From contig NC_068984.1 of NCBI RefSeq assembly GCF_001194135.2, positions 13,303,576 through 13,367,575 on the forward strand: DNA of 64,000 nucleotides, read 5' to 3'. Source of the stretch: Octopus bimaculoides. Lineage: Eukaryota. Below the pieces are notes generated by a model that had not been told where the DNA came from, made no database searches, and saw only the letters and a program-made list of their open reading frames with translations. Positions 52,786-64,000 of this stretch are shown piece by piece. The translations under genes and the position numbers were made by a program. The number at the start of each line of letters is the position of its first letter. Positions within the stretch are counted from its first letter, which is position 1.

Positions 52786-53288
52786 CGTATAGTGTGTCCG
52801 CATCTGTTTATGTATATATGTGACTAATGTATATGTAGACGTACGTATCTACATGGAAGTACTGGGGTATCAGTCTTATTTGAGGATGAAATTGTGTACA
52901 CTGTGTGTTGGCATGACAACTACAAGTCACATGTGAAATCGAGGAATTAATGATAGATGTTGTGTGGGTGCTTTGATACTGAAAGTATTATCCTATTTTC
53001 TGATAAATTTTGACAAATTCCTCTACAAATGAGCAGTAATTTATTTTTAGATAACCAAAACAAAAAAAAACAAACAAACAAATCGCTAATAATTATATGC
53101 TTATAGATATGCCAATACACACAAGTACACCCACACACTCTCTCACACACAAGCGCACACATACACACACACATACACACACACATGCTGCACAGACACT
53201 CAGACACACACACAGACATAGATGGGAAACACATACACGTGTTGGTGTTAATAAACGTCATTACCGGTTGCAATCTGATCGTTCTAAT

Positions 53289-53521
53289 TTCTTCATTGCC
53301 CATCAGGGGCTGAACATAGAGGGGACGAACAAGGACAGGCAAAGGGATTAAATCGATTACATCGACCCCAGTGCGTAACTGGTACTTAATTTATCGACCC
53401 CTAAAGGATGAAAGCCAAAGTTGACCTCGGCGGAATTTGAACTCAGAACGTAACGACACACGAAATACCGCTAAGCATTTCGCCCTGCGTGCTAACGTTT
53501 CTGCCATCTCACCGCCTTGCA
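53289..53521 (-). mobile_element. SINE family B, full length
   Basis: Close match to 26981-27217 and 44516-44746. Possible TTCTAAT TSD at 53282-88 and 53522-28. Confidence 0.9.
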
Positions 53522-53699
53522 TTCTAATCATTCTGTCACTCGCTGATGAGAGTGACGTATATATTCCAAATTTTCTATACGGTATCAGTGTCATTTAAAA
53601 GGATATGAAGAATTCGAAAATGTATTGAATGTAGGAACTTGCACTAATTTTTCTCTTACCTTTGTCTTAAGATGCTTTTACATATCTTTCATTTCTACC

Positions 53700-54800
53700 G
53701 TCAAAACCTTGGCAAGGCAGTGGAATGTTTCAAGATGTCATGAACAATGATGGCGAATATTTTTATTTCTTTATTATGGAACCTTTTTATAAGTCGTGCA
53801 ATATCATCTTGTGTTGGCTCAACACACACTTTGACAACAAGAAGGTCTACCATTTCCTCAATTATTTTCATAATGATACCATCCATTGAGAAGATTAGAA
53901 TAGTGCTGTACTCGTTGTTTCTGTATGGATTTCTCATCATTAAAGCGTTATTGGCTCTCATCAGATCCCATTGGAGCTGTAGTCCGTGATCTTGGGCCAA
54001 AAAGAAAAAAAGGGCTGTTGTATTTTTACGGTCTATAAGACCTTGCGCATCTTTTGTTTAGAATATATTTGTTTAGTTTTTTTCTTTTTATAAAGAAGAT
54101 AAGTAATTACTAACCATTGTCAACAAACCAGTCCGGTACTTTCTTAGATTTGTAGCCCAGAGTGGAAGATTTCACATCATGAATTTGTAATTTGAAATTC
54201 TCCTATGGATTTTCTTGTTCAAGTGAGACACCACTTATTGCATCCCGTAAACTTTGCGATAAATTAGGGGAAATTAAGGTCTGTTATATTAATTCTGTTT
54301 GGTACGCTAGTCTCCTTTACTAATTTGGGGCTGGATTGACAGATTAAACCTCCCTCTCTTTAGCCTACAGTCTGTCCAGGATTTTTCTCCTCTCATAGCT
54401 CGGACACTACGTACTTCTTTAAAATCTGGTTTGCAAACCATGACACACTCAGTAAGGTACCTGCGCTTATAACTTGGATACTTCCAGGTTGTTCTATATT
54501 TATTTTTCTACTGAAAGAAAATGCTTGCTATCACAAGTCGATGTTCAGTGTAAAAGGTAAGGCATGAGATGCAATGTTGGCGACATTTTCCTACACCATG
54601 ATTACCCAATTTTGTGCATGCCATGAAATCAGACCCAACCTTTGAATTAAAGTCACCGATAATTACTAGTTTATCAGAAGCTGACACATTTCTCATCAGT
54701 TCTCCAAGTTCCTTGCAGAATTTTTCAGCAGCAGCTTTTGTATGTGAAATTGCAGATGCGTAAACGCTAATGTATGTGTGTGAGTATTTGAAAGGTTAGC
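53700..54800 (-). mobile_element. Decayed RTE-clade LINE (APE domain and linker)
   Basis: Translates SVYAS..DKLVIIGDFNSKVGSD..LGNHGVGKC..LVIASIFFQ..VRAMRGEKSWTDCRL. Confidence 0.85.
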
Positions 54801-56155
54801 AATTAATATTTTTCCACACTACTGAGTAGACTTTTAGCAACACGTGTACTCAAGGCCATATGAGCACATGAGATTGCTCCATGTATAGACTGACGTCAGT
54901 TTATTTCTCTAATATACAATCTTATCCTCTGCACATTTTATCTTAAATTTTTTTAATATTAGGAATACAGTTCATCCTTTCAAACTGGGGTGTATATATT
55001 CAATAATATAACTGCCAATATATTACTAGTATTCATTTTATCGAGCTCAGAGGAATTGAAAACAAATCGATCCTTGTGGAATGGGAAGAAAGAATGTAAA
55101 GAATGACGAAATAAAATGCTGCTAGAAGACAATTAATCCAGCAATATTTTGCTTCTGACAACTCAATACACTCGCATCTTATCTCTGATATTATAAGCAT
55201 CGATTTTTTAAAGTATGCAAATAAAAGATGCAAAGTTGGTTTGTGATATATGAAGCTTGACGTCCTATAGTTGAAACCTGGTTGTAACCAATAAAAATAT
55301 ATGTGTATGATGTTACAGCTAGCTTAGCGTGAGAGCATTTGTAGTAATGGCGTTTGTATGGCGCCTGTAAGGTCATGTAACATCTAAATACCTGTGAATA
55401 TAATACACACAAATTTCCGTATGTGCTCATACTCAAACAAAACAAATATATTTAACGCAAACATACCAACACACATATATGTACGTATATATGGATATAT
55501 GCATGTATACAGACACACACACACACACACACATATATGTGTGTGTATGTTTGCGCGCGCGCACAAGTGCGTGTGCTTGCCTATGTGCGCGTACACATGT
55601 GTGTACATATGTACACAAATACACTATATAGGCATATATGAACAGTGATATATTTCTAATGGCAATGCATATACATACATACATACATACAGATATATAT
55701 GTGTATGTATATGTTCATACATATGTATATATATTTGTATAGATATATGCATCTACGTATATATATATATATATATNNNNNNNNNNNNNNNNNNNNNNNN
55801 NNNNNNNNNNNNNNNNNNNNNNNNNNNNNNNNNNNNNNNNNNNNNNNNNNNNNNNNNNNNNNNNNNNNNNNNNNNNNNNNNNNNNNNNNNNNNNNNNNNN
55901 NNNNNNNNNNNNNNNNNNNNNNNNNNNNNNNNNNNNNNNNNNNNNNNNNNNNNNNNNNNNNNNNNNNNNNNNNNNNNNNNNNNNNNNNNNNNNNNNNNNN
56001 NNNNNNNNNNNNNNNNNNNNNNNNNNNNNNNNNNNNNNNNNNNNNNNGTATGCATGTATACTTATTTGTGCATATATATGTGTGTGTGTATACGTATCTA
56101 TATATTTGTATATACATACACACATAAGCACACATACACGCACACACACACACAT

Positions 56156-56224
<69 letters not shown>

Positions 56225-57761
56225 CATGCATACACATTCACACATACATACACATATATTTGTTATCCTAATTTGTTTTCATATCTGTTTAGTCACATAA
56301 CACTAGTTTCGTTTATAAAACTCTGTTACCTTATAACGAAAAACATTAGGCCCACTTGTTTTCATGAAGCTTCATTCCTTGTATCGCTATCTGATTCCGT
56401 AACCCAAATACCTCAAAGATAATCTGCCTCATTACACATCCAATGAAATAGCGTTTCATCGATCACAGAGTTCTTTGATGTGCTAAACGAATTAATAATT
56501 TACAGATATCGAAAATAAACGATGTGTGATCAGGAAAGTATACAGAGTTACTAATTCCGTTGGAATAGCATACAAGCATTCAACAATAAGCTCACTAAAA
56601 CCATTATAGATGCCATCTTAAATATGCATTCTGTAAAGCTCTTATAGACGTTGAGAGAATTGGATGTTTCGTTCTGTAATCAGTGATCAACCACCATACA
56701 ACCATTTTGTGTGAAAATCATACAACCATTTTCTCATATGGGACAGGCTTTATGCAACCAGAATAATCGGCTTATTTTGAATTCTCTTAACCCGCACAAT
56801 ATTTATCATCAGTTTTACAATCATCGTATGAGAAAGCAGAAATATGAACCTCTAAAAATTCAAAACGCAGCAACCAGACAACCTTAAATAGATATTAAAA
56901 TATCAGTTAATATAACCATAGTTCAAATGAAGGTTTTATCGGAAGCCATTTGCAATTTTATGACTAATAAATGTTTGTCTATAAATTCAAATCCTTAAGT
57001 TCGATTTGTTGCTAGATTCTTGAGGCATATAAAACTGTTATTAGTGAATGATGCGCCATTCCTCCCATAAATATTAAATTGTTTATTTGATCCGATTCTC
57101 GGTGTATTAATATATGAGATTGGATCTGTTTAATGTTGATATAGAGCGCAGTTTCACGAAAACAGATTTCGTCCACAATGTATGATTCCTAGAATTATCT
57201 GAAAACGATTCATTCTCAAGGGCATGTGTTATCAAATGTATAGGTTCCGAGAGCATCGTATGAAAAGAAGACGTAAATAAGGGAAACCTGGAACAATATG
57301 ATATCCAGGAAGATGCCTCGTCCGTGGTGCTTCGAATATCCGTCGAGGTGATATCATGCCATCCGAAGCATATCAATAAGGAACTGAGGTGTAATCATAT
57401 GTATACGAAACAATTTTGCTTTATGACATTGTGTTATGTAACAAGTGTATTTATACAAACTGCTTGATTCATTTTCAAAGAAAATAGCATGACGTGATAA
57501 TTCTTTGATATTCTAGTCACAGGAAACGAAAGATATTTTCCACAGTATATATATACATATATATATAGTAACTGTTAAATCAACTATACGAAGATGAAAG
57601 GCAATGTCGCCGAGGCACTATTGGAAACCTGAACATCTAAGGACGAAATTAATTACTATGTGATGCTCGGTCTAGGGTTCCGTTTTATTTGTAAATCAGG
57701 TATATTGACGTTCACTCACACCCACATTATAAAGGCTTTCTACCTAATACACACACACACA

Positions 57762-57839
<78 letters not shown>

Positions 57840-58282
57840 TGTATGTGCGTGTGTGTGTGTCTACATACATACCTATATTTGTATTCTTGTGAGTGGGATT
57901 GGGTTTCGATATATATGCATTTATACATACTCATGCAAAAGCGTTGTCACATGTATAAAAAAAGATTCCGGATATTAGAAACACAATAAAATAAGATGTT
58001 CCTTTAAGCTATTGTATAAGTAAATATGGCCTAAAATGTGATTCGAACACTGGATGCGTGTTATCGCAGTCGATTCGTCACCATGAATTATAGCCGTCTG
58101 CATTATTTCCAAGAAATTCCTGTAATCGTATACGCAGACACGCACATGGAAAACACGCACGCCCACACGATATTAGGATCGACACGAGTCGTTTATAATT
58201 GGGTCGCTAAATTCGCTTGCACCATATTCCTGGTAATAACGCAGGTTAATCAATTCCCTACAAGGCATCTCTTTAATTGCAG

Positions 58283-58300
58283 TTAGGCATTCTTCTTTCG
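58283..58300 (+). other. Candidate 18-nt frame-preserving microexon; host gene unknown
   Basis: tctctttaattgcAG|TTAGGCATTCTTCTTTCG|GTGAGT: good acceptor and consensus donor in unique sequence. Confidence 0.35.
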
Positions 58301-58355
58301 GTGAGTATATTGAAAAACAAAAATATTGCCGATATTGTCATCTGCCTCAACCGAC

Positions 58356-58437
<82 letters not shown>

Positions 58438-61400
58438 CGTGTACCGCGGACAATTAATGATATAGACCCTCACAAAAAGAAAGATGCTAGATGTAATTAC
58501 ACAAGTCGCACACCTATTTGTTTATATATTAATGTTCACACATTAAACATAATACGTACAATTATTGTGACCGATTTAAGTTAAATGTCAAAGCCGGAAG
58601 CGTGCGGTGATTAATGTGCAAACCAATAGTTTAATGATTCTTCAGTTGGCCTAGGGTGTACATAATTAATGATTGTAATTAATAAAAGATGTTGATTTCG
58701 CCTAATCATTAGTTTAAAGGCAGTACTTCATTATAAGTTTGTTCGTCATAGGCAGTAAAGTAGCGACAAGTAGACTTAGAGTTCCCCTCTCATTGCCTCA
58801 AAAGGCATTAATTGACATAACCTAATAATAAGCTAAGAGAGTGATTCTAGCAGCTACAATTGCATATTAAGGTACTCACTTGTGAAGAAATAGTCGCCAG
58901 ATTAATCTTAATTTCGCATTATTAATCCTTCTTTCGCACATTCACATACTCTTTTTTAGCTACACACACACGCACACACACACACACACACACGCACGCA
59001 CACAACACTCTCTCTCTCGCTCTGTCTCACACACATACACTCACTCACACACACATATATGCAATACGTATCAACATATACATATATGTTTGTACGGATG
59101 TATGCGCATGTATATATACATATGTGTGTGTGTATGTGTGTGTGTGTGTGTGTACATACTTGCATATATGTATATATTTATATATATATTAATCTCATTT
59201 ATACATGTATACATATATTATGTATATTGTTTTTGATTTCATTTATTTATGCAATTTAAAGATGGAAATCTCAATGAGAATAAAGAAGATGACGATGAAA
59301 GAAAAATCTAGAAATAAGTTCAATATAGAAATAAAATAAGATACAATAAAATAAAATAAATGAAGTAATCAAGAGAAATAATTCGGTGTACGTGTTTCTC
59401 GAGAATTTTCTAGTTGAAATTTTCGCTGAAAAAGACTGCAATTATATGGGAATTTTTTTCCTTCGTCCGTTTAGAACCCTTTTTTTTTTTTTGTATGAGA
59501 ATTGGATAGAATTTTTAAGGGACGAATGATTAAAGAGTGAAAAATATAGAGGGGGAAAAAAGGAAAAAGAAAGTGATACAGACAGAAAGAGCGGAAAGAG
59601 CAAGAGGGCGAGTGTGTGGCGGAGGGTATTATAAACAGTGATGAGAAAATACAAAGAAAGAAAATATATAAATAAATATATTATGAAAGAAAGACAGGCA
59701 ATAATGAAAAAGGCAAAGAAATGTGTAAGCGAAACATGGCGTTATCGAGAAACTGAAAGTAAAACGTGAGTAAGCGAGACATGAAGTAAGAGAATGCAGA
59801 TAGAAATTTTAGTAAGAGGAAAGTTTGTGTAAAAGTAGATGAGAGAGAGAGATGTAGAGGGAGGGAGGGAGGGAGGGGTGAATTAGGAGGGATAAAATAT
59901 GTGTGTGTACTTGCTGGCTTGTGGGTGTATACGTGTGAGTGCATGTGTGAATATACGAGTGTAAAAGATGGTGGACGGATAAATAAGTAGAATGTAATAT
60001 CAGTGTGATGTTAGTAAAAATGTAAAAATATCACAAAGTAGGGAAGATTTGAGAATCGTTTGAGGAGTGAAGATTTTGAGATAAAACTTTTAATATATAT
60101 TTTTGAAATATATTGAAGTGGTTAAAGGAGAGACAAAAATCAATACAACAATTTTAATAGTGAATTAAATAACTTAAAAATGAGGAATTAAAAGGTAAAG
60201 AAAAACAACAGCAAAATATGCAAATGAATTACTCTTCAACCACCAATCTATACTGAAGTCTCGTTCCACAAATCCATAGTGAATCTAGAATATTTCATGT
60301 CTTTTTTCTTTTTTCAAGAAAAACGATGGCTTCCTGTATAATATACTGTTTATGACAGCATATCAACGATGGCATTTTTATTTAACTACCACCATGTAAT
60401 GCCTATATAGTGATGAAGATATCAGCCTTCTGGATATTCTGAAATGTGTAACTCTATTCGTATAGTGAAATAATATAATATAATCAATACCCAGAGTCTA
60501 CTCTTTGTCAAATGAAAGCAAAAGAGCGTTACGTGTATAGCTAAGTATTTTCTCCTAAGCAATACCAGTTTACTTCACTTTATAAAGTGAACGGTTCATA
60601 TTTGTGTAACCAAAGAGAGAACATCCTTGTTATGAATCGTTTGATGCGAATGGGTTTCTATTATGATAAAACATCAGACAAAGTGATAATTCCCGACTGA
60701 ATGATCGATCGATATACTAAAAAAGTAGGAGCAAAATCTCCTGTGAATTAGATTTTCTTCCAAGAGGAATGAAACAATGGATAAGATAGTCCTAGATATG
60801 CAATGTGCTTAGAATAAGATGAGATATACCATGGATAAAAAGTTTCTGATCACAGAATCGGCTCGATAATCTGGAATTAATAGATCTCGCCCATGACCTT
60901 TAGACATTTATGCCAAACATATTCGCCGACTTCTTGTCACGTGTCGACTACAATTGGCAACAAAACGGTTGATACCCAGTTCCGTGGTCTGGGATTCATA
61001 GCACTGCAGAGGAAGAATGTGAATAATAGGTGTGTAATTGATAATTTTCAGCTCATAATTCCGTTGAATGCAGAGTTCAAGATTTTATCAAAAGTAGTAA
61101 TATAACTGTTAGTTCATGTGAGCGAGGTAGCGTAGACGTATGCATCTCGACCAGATCTATTCGTGAAAATCTCCACCCAATACGCTGTATCATAGAGGAT
61201 TTATATTCCCTATAATAAACTCGGCTTTAGTGGGTTCCTAATCAACTTGGATTAATCGAAAGCTATCAATGATGTCTATCATTACTTGCCACTTCTCAAA
61301 ATAGCCGGTTTCGGTTCCGTTTTCGCAGACTGGATAGCTCGTCAGCATCTACTTAGTGGTTAGAGTAAATGGAAAATCTTAGAATAAATTGGAACCGTTT

Positions 61401-61813
61401 AAGATCAGGGTCTTCATTCGACAAATGTGTTCTCTTTCAGCTATTTTGTATGAACTCGTTCTCGTGCCGCTACTGGAAAAACTGGAATGTTTGAAGGGAA
61501 ACTGGTGGAACCGAGACGCGGATGAGCCACATCAGCATATGCAAATACCATCATAATAGCATCGGACACCAGGCACATGGAGTTGATCCAAATGCTTTCT
61601 GTTAAAGGAATACGTAATTTTCTCAAGGGCAGTAAGGTTGCTGCTCGACTCCAGGTGGGGCAAGCCCATAACGTCGAACAGTATTGCAGGTTGCCGTACG
61701 CATGATGAAGTTAGGTTGTTCGTGTCTCACTCGAACCCACACTCCGGTGATTTGGAACTGAGACGACTACTACTACTACTACCACCACCACCGCCACCGC
61801 CACCGCCACCACC

Positions 61814-61869
<56 letters not shown>

Positions 61870-61878
61870 CACCACCAT

Positions 61879-61924
<46 letters not shown>

Positions 61925-62109
61925 GGTAGTAGTAGTTGTTTATGAATTTGGATATGTTCGTATAAGAGCCATGATGGGAAGTGCTATCTGATGTCTGAAA
62001 GAAATAAATTTTTTTTTTGTTAACTGACAAAACTTTAAAAAAACATTGTTTCATCTCAGACACGAAATGTCCAATCGCATTTCCCCTCCACGCCACAGAA
62101 TAAAAATTT

Positions 62110-62781
62110 ATCCAAACTCAAGATCTTCTCTGTCTCTCTCTTACTCCGTCTCTCTGTCTCTCTCCGACTCCGTCTCTCCGTCTCTCTCTCACTCCGTCTC
62201 TCTGTCTCTCTCTCTTACTCCGCCTCTCTGTCCCTCTCTTACTCCGTCTCTCTGTCTCTCTGTCTCTCTCTTACTCCGTCTCTCCGTCTCTCTCTCACTC
62301 CGTCTCTCTCTCACTCCGTCTCTCTCTCACTCCGTCTCTCTCTCACTCCGTCTCTCTGTCTCTCTCTCTTACTCCGCCTCTCTGTCCCTCTCTTACTCCG
62401 TCTCTCTGTCTCTCTGTCCCTCTCTTACTCCGTCTCTCTGTCTCTCTGTCTCTCTGTCTCTCTCTGACTCCGTCTCTCTGTCTCTCTCTTACTCCATCTC
62501 TCTGTCTTTCTCCGACTCCGTCTCTCTGTCTCTCTGTCTCTCTCTTACTCCGTCTCTCTGTCTCTCTCTGACTCCGCCTCTCTGTCCCTCTCTTACTCCG
62601 TCTCTCTGTCTTTCTGTCTCTCTGTCTCTCTCTTACTCCGTCTCTCTGTCTCTCTCTTTCTTGTGTGTACAATTAGATATACGTCTACTGCTGTATGCGT
62701 TACAACTCACGTTAGGTTATCATGTGGAAGACATACAGGTTTTACTTTGTCGTATTACTAGTTATGACATACAGTGCATAT
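62110..62781 (+). repeat. Same repeat with an internal ~530-bp CT-rich minisatellite (units like TTACTCCGTCTCTCTGTCTCTC)
   Basis: Variable ~12-30-bp units across ~62131-62660, with flanks homologous to 14484-14663. Confidence 0.92.
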
Positions 62782-62794
62782 TTTTTCTCTTTTA

Positions 62795-63235
62795 TATGCT
62801 TCAGACATTAGACTGCGGCCATGCTGGTGCACCGTTTGAAGGATTCTTTAGTCGAACGAATTGACCCCAATTCTTACTTCTTTAAGCGTGGGTTTTATTC
62901 TTTTCTACTCTAGGCACAAGACCCGAAATTTTTTGGGGGAAGGGGCCAGTCGATTAGATCGAACCCAGTACGCAACTGGTACTTAATTTATTGATCCTGA
63001 AAGGTTGAAAAGCAAAGTCAACCTCGGCGGAATTTGAACTCAGTACGTAAAGACAGAAGAAATACTGCTAAGCATTTCGCCCGGCGTGCTAACGTTTCTG
63101 CCAGCTCGCTGGCTTGCGTCGTACTTATTCTATCACTCTCTTTTGCTGAACAGCTACATTATGGAAACGTAAACATACCAACACCGGTTGTGAAGCTGTG
63201 GTTGGAGACGAACACAGACACAAACATACACATAC
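62795..63235 (-). mobile_element. SINE family A 3' part interrupted by a SINE family B copy (~62900-63112)
   Basis: Family A sequence resumes on both sides of a complete family B copy. A degenerate GCGT..TTATTCT duplication flanks the insert. Confidence 0.8.
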
Positions 63236-64000
63236 ATTCAAAATGCAGACCACCACCATTTTTATCGGACTTCGTTTTTGGTTACATAGTAGTAGTAGTA
63301 GTAGTAGTAATAGTAGTAGTAGTAGTGGTAGTAGTAGTAGTGGTAGTAGTAGTAGTGGTGATGGTGGTGGTGGTGTTGGGGATGGGGTTGGGGTGGGTTG
63401 CTATTCGTGTTGTAGTGTTAACAGTGGTGGTGGTGGTGTTTTCGGTCATGGTGGTAGTGTAGATGATGTTGTCTGTGATGGCGGCTTTAGTGATGACGTG
63501 AGGGGGGGGGGTTGATTATGTCGGTGGATAGTATTGGTGATCGGATTGGACATAGCGATCATGGTGATGGTGTTTATACAAATAGCTAAAATCTTACTAA
63601 TTTGTTTGTTCAATGGATCAGTGGAAGAATACAGGATCGAATGTTATTTGTGACAACAATCAATATGAGGAATCTATTTGTGGAAGTTGTGTCTATAGAA
63701 GTTTGCAGATGTATTCCATTGGTTCAGCTTTCCAATAAAGGCAAAACGCCGGATTAAAATTATAGAAGCTGTGTATCACGTCAACACTTTCTAATATCCG
63801 GCTGGTGTCAAGAGGTCACTAGGAGGTGTTGATTCGCCTCACAGCACAACGAACATGGAAAAAGTACAGAAAAAAATTACAAATAAGATATAAGAAAATA
63901 AAAAAAGAAAATACAAAATATAACTGAATAAGTGAAAAAAAAAAACAAATACATTTAGACTTCAGTATAACGTATAACATGAGTTATTGTGTACCAAAGC

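Noticed and set aside
57107-57420. CpG-enriched unique patch with several 50-90 codon frames
   Set aside because: I found no consistent splice sites or recognisable motif in any frame.

Overview
AT-rich, repeat-dominated eukaryotic draft-assembly DNA with 10 N-gaps, nearly all flanked by microsatellites. The SINE families and microsatellite load suggest an octopod cephalopod (inference). No prokaryotic features are present. Almost all ORFs in the supplied track come from microsatellites, N-runs or transposon debris. By reading splice signals I reconstruct the 3' end of an unidentified + strand gene from four phase-compatible exons (876-931, 5224-5245, 7748-7775, 31103-31256). Together they encode (D)FLFDTVKYLLLRQQNPSKLDQFRHGVIEDVLERMFYVKRAQRDKRLRGWTYCNGAIDGLLTVNVIHRETERDVSLPFVFINGVFR*. 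The rest of the window holds at least five SINE families, R4/Dong-clade retrotransposon pieces embedded in (TAA)n and (TACA)n tracts, CR1, RTE and Jockey-like LINE remnants, decayed Tigger/pogo and Tc1 transposons, a U6 snRNA pseudogene and two foldback elements. The most unusual object is a 272-bp foldback (36917-37188) in which each arm carries a hammerhead-ribozyme-like core. Repeat boundaries were set by eye, and no alignment, folding or database search was run.
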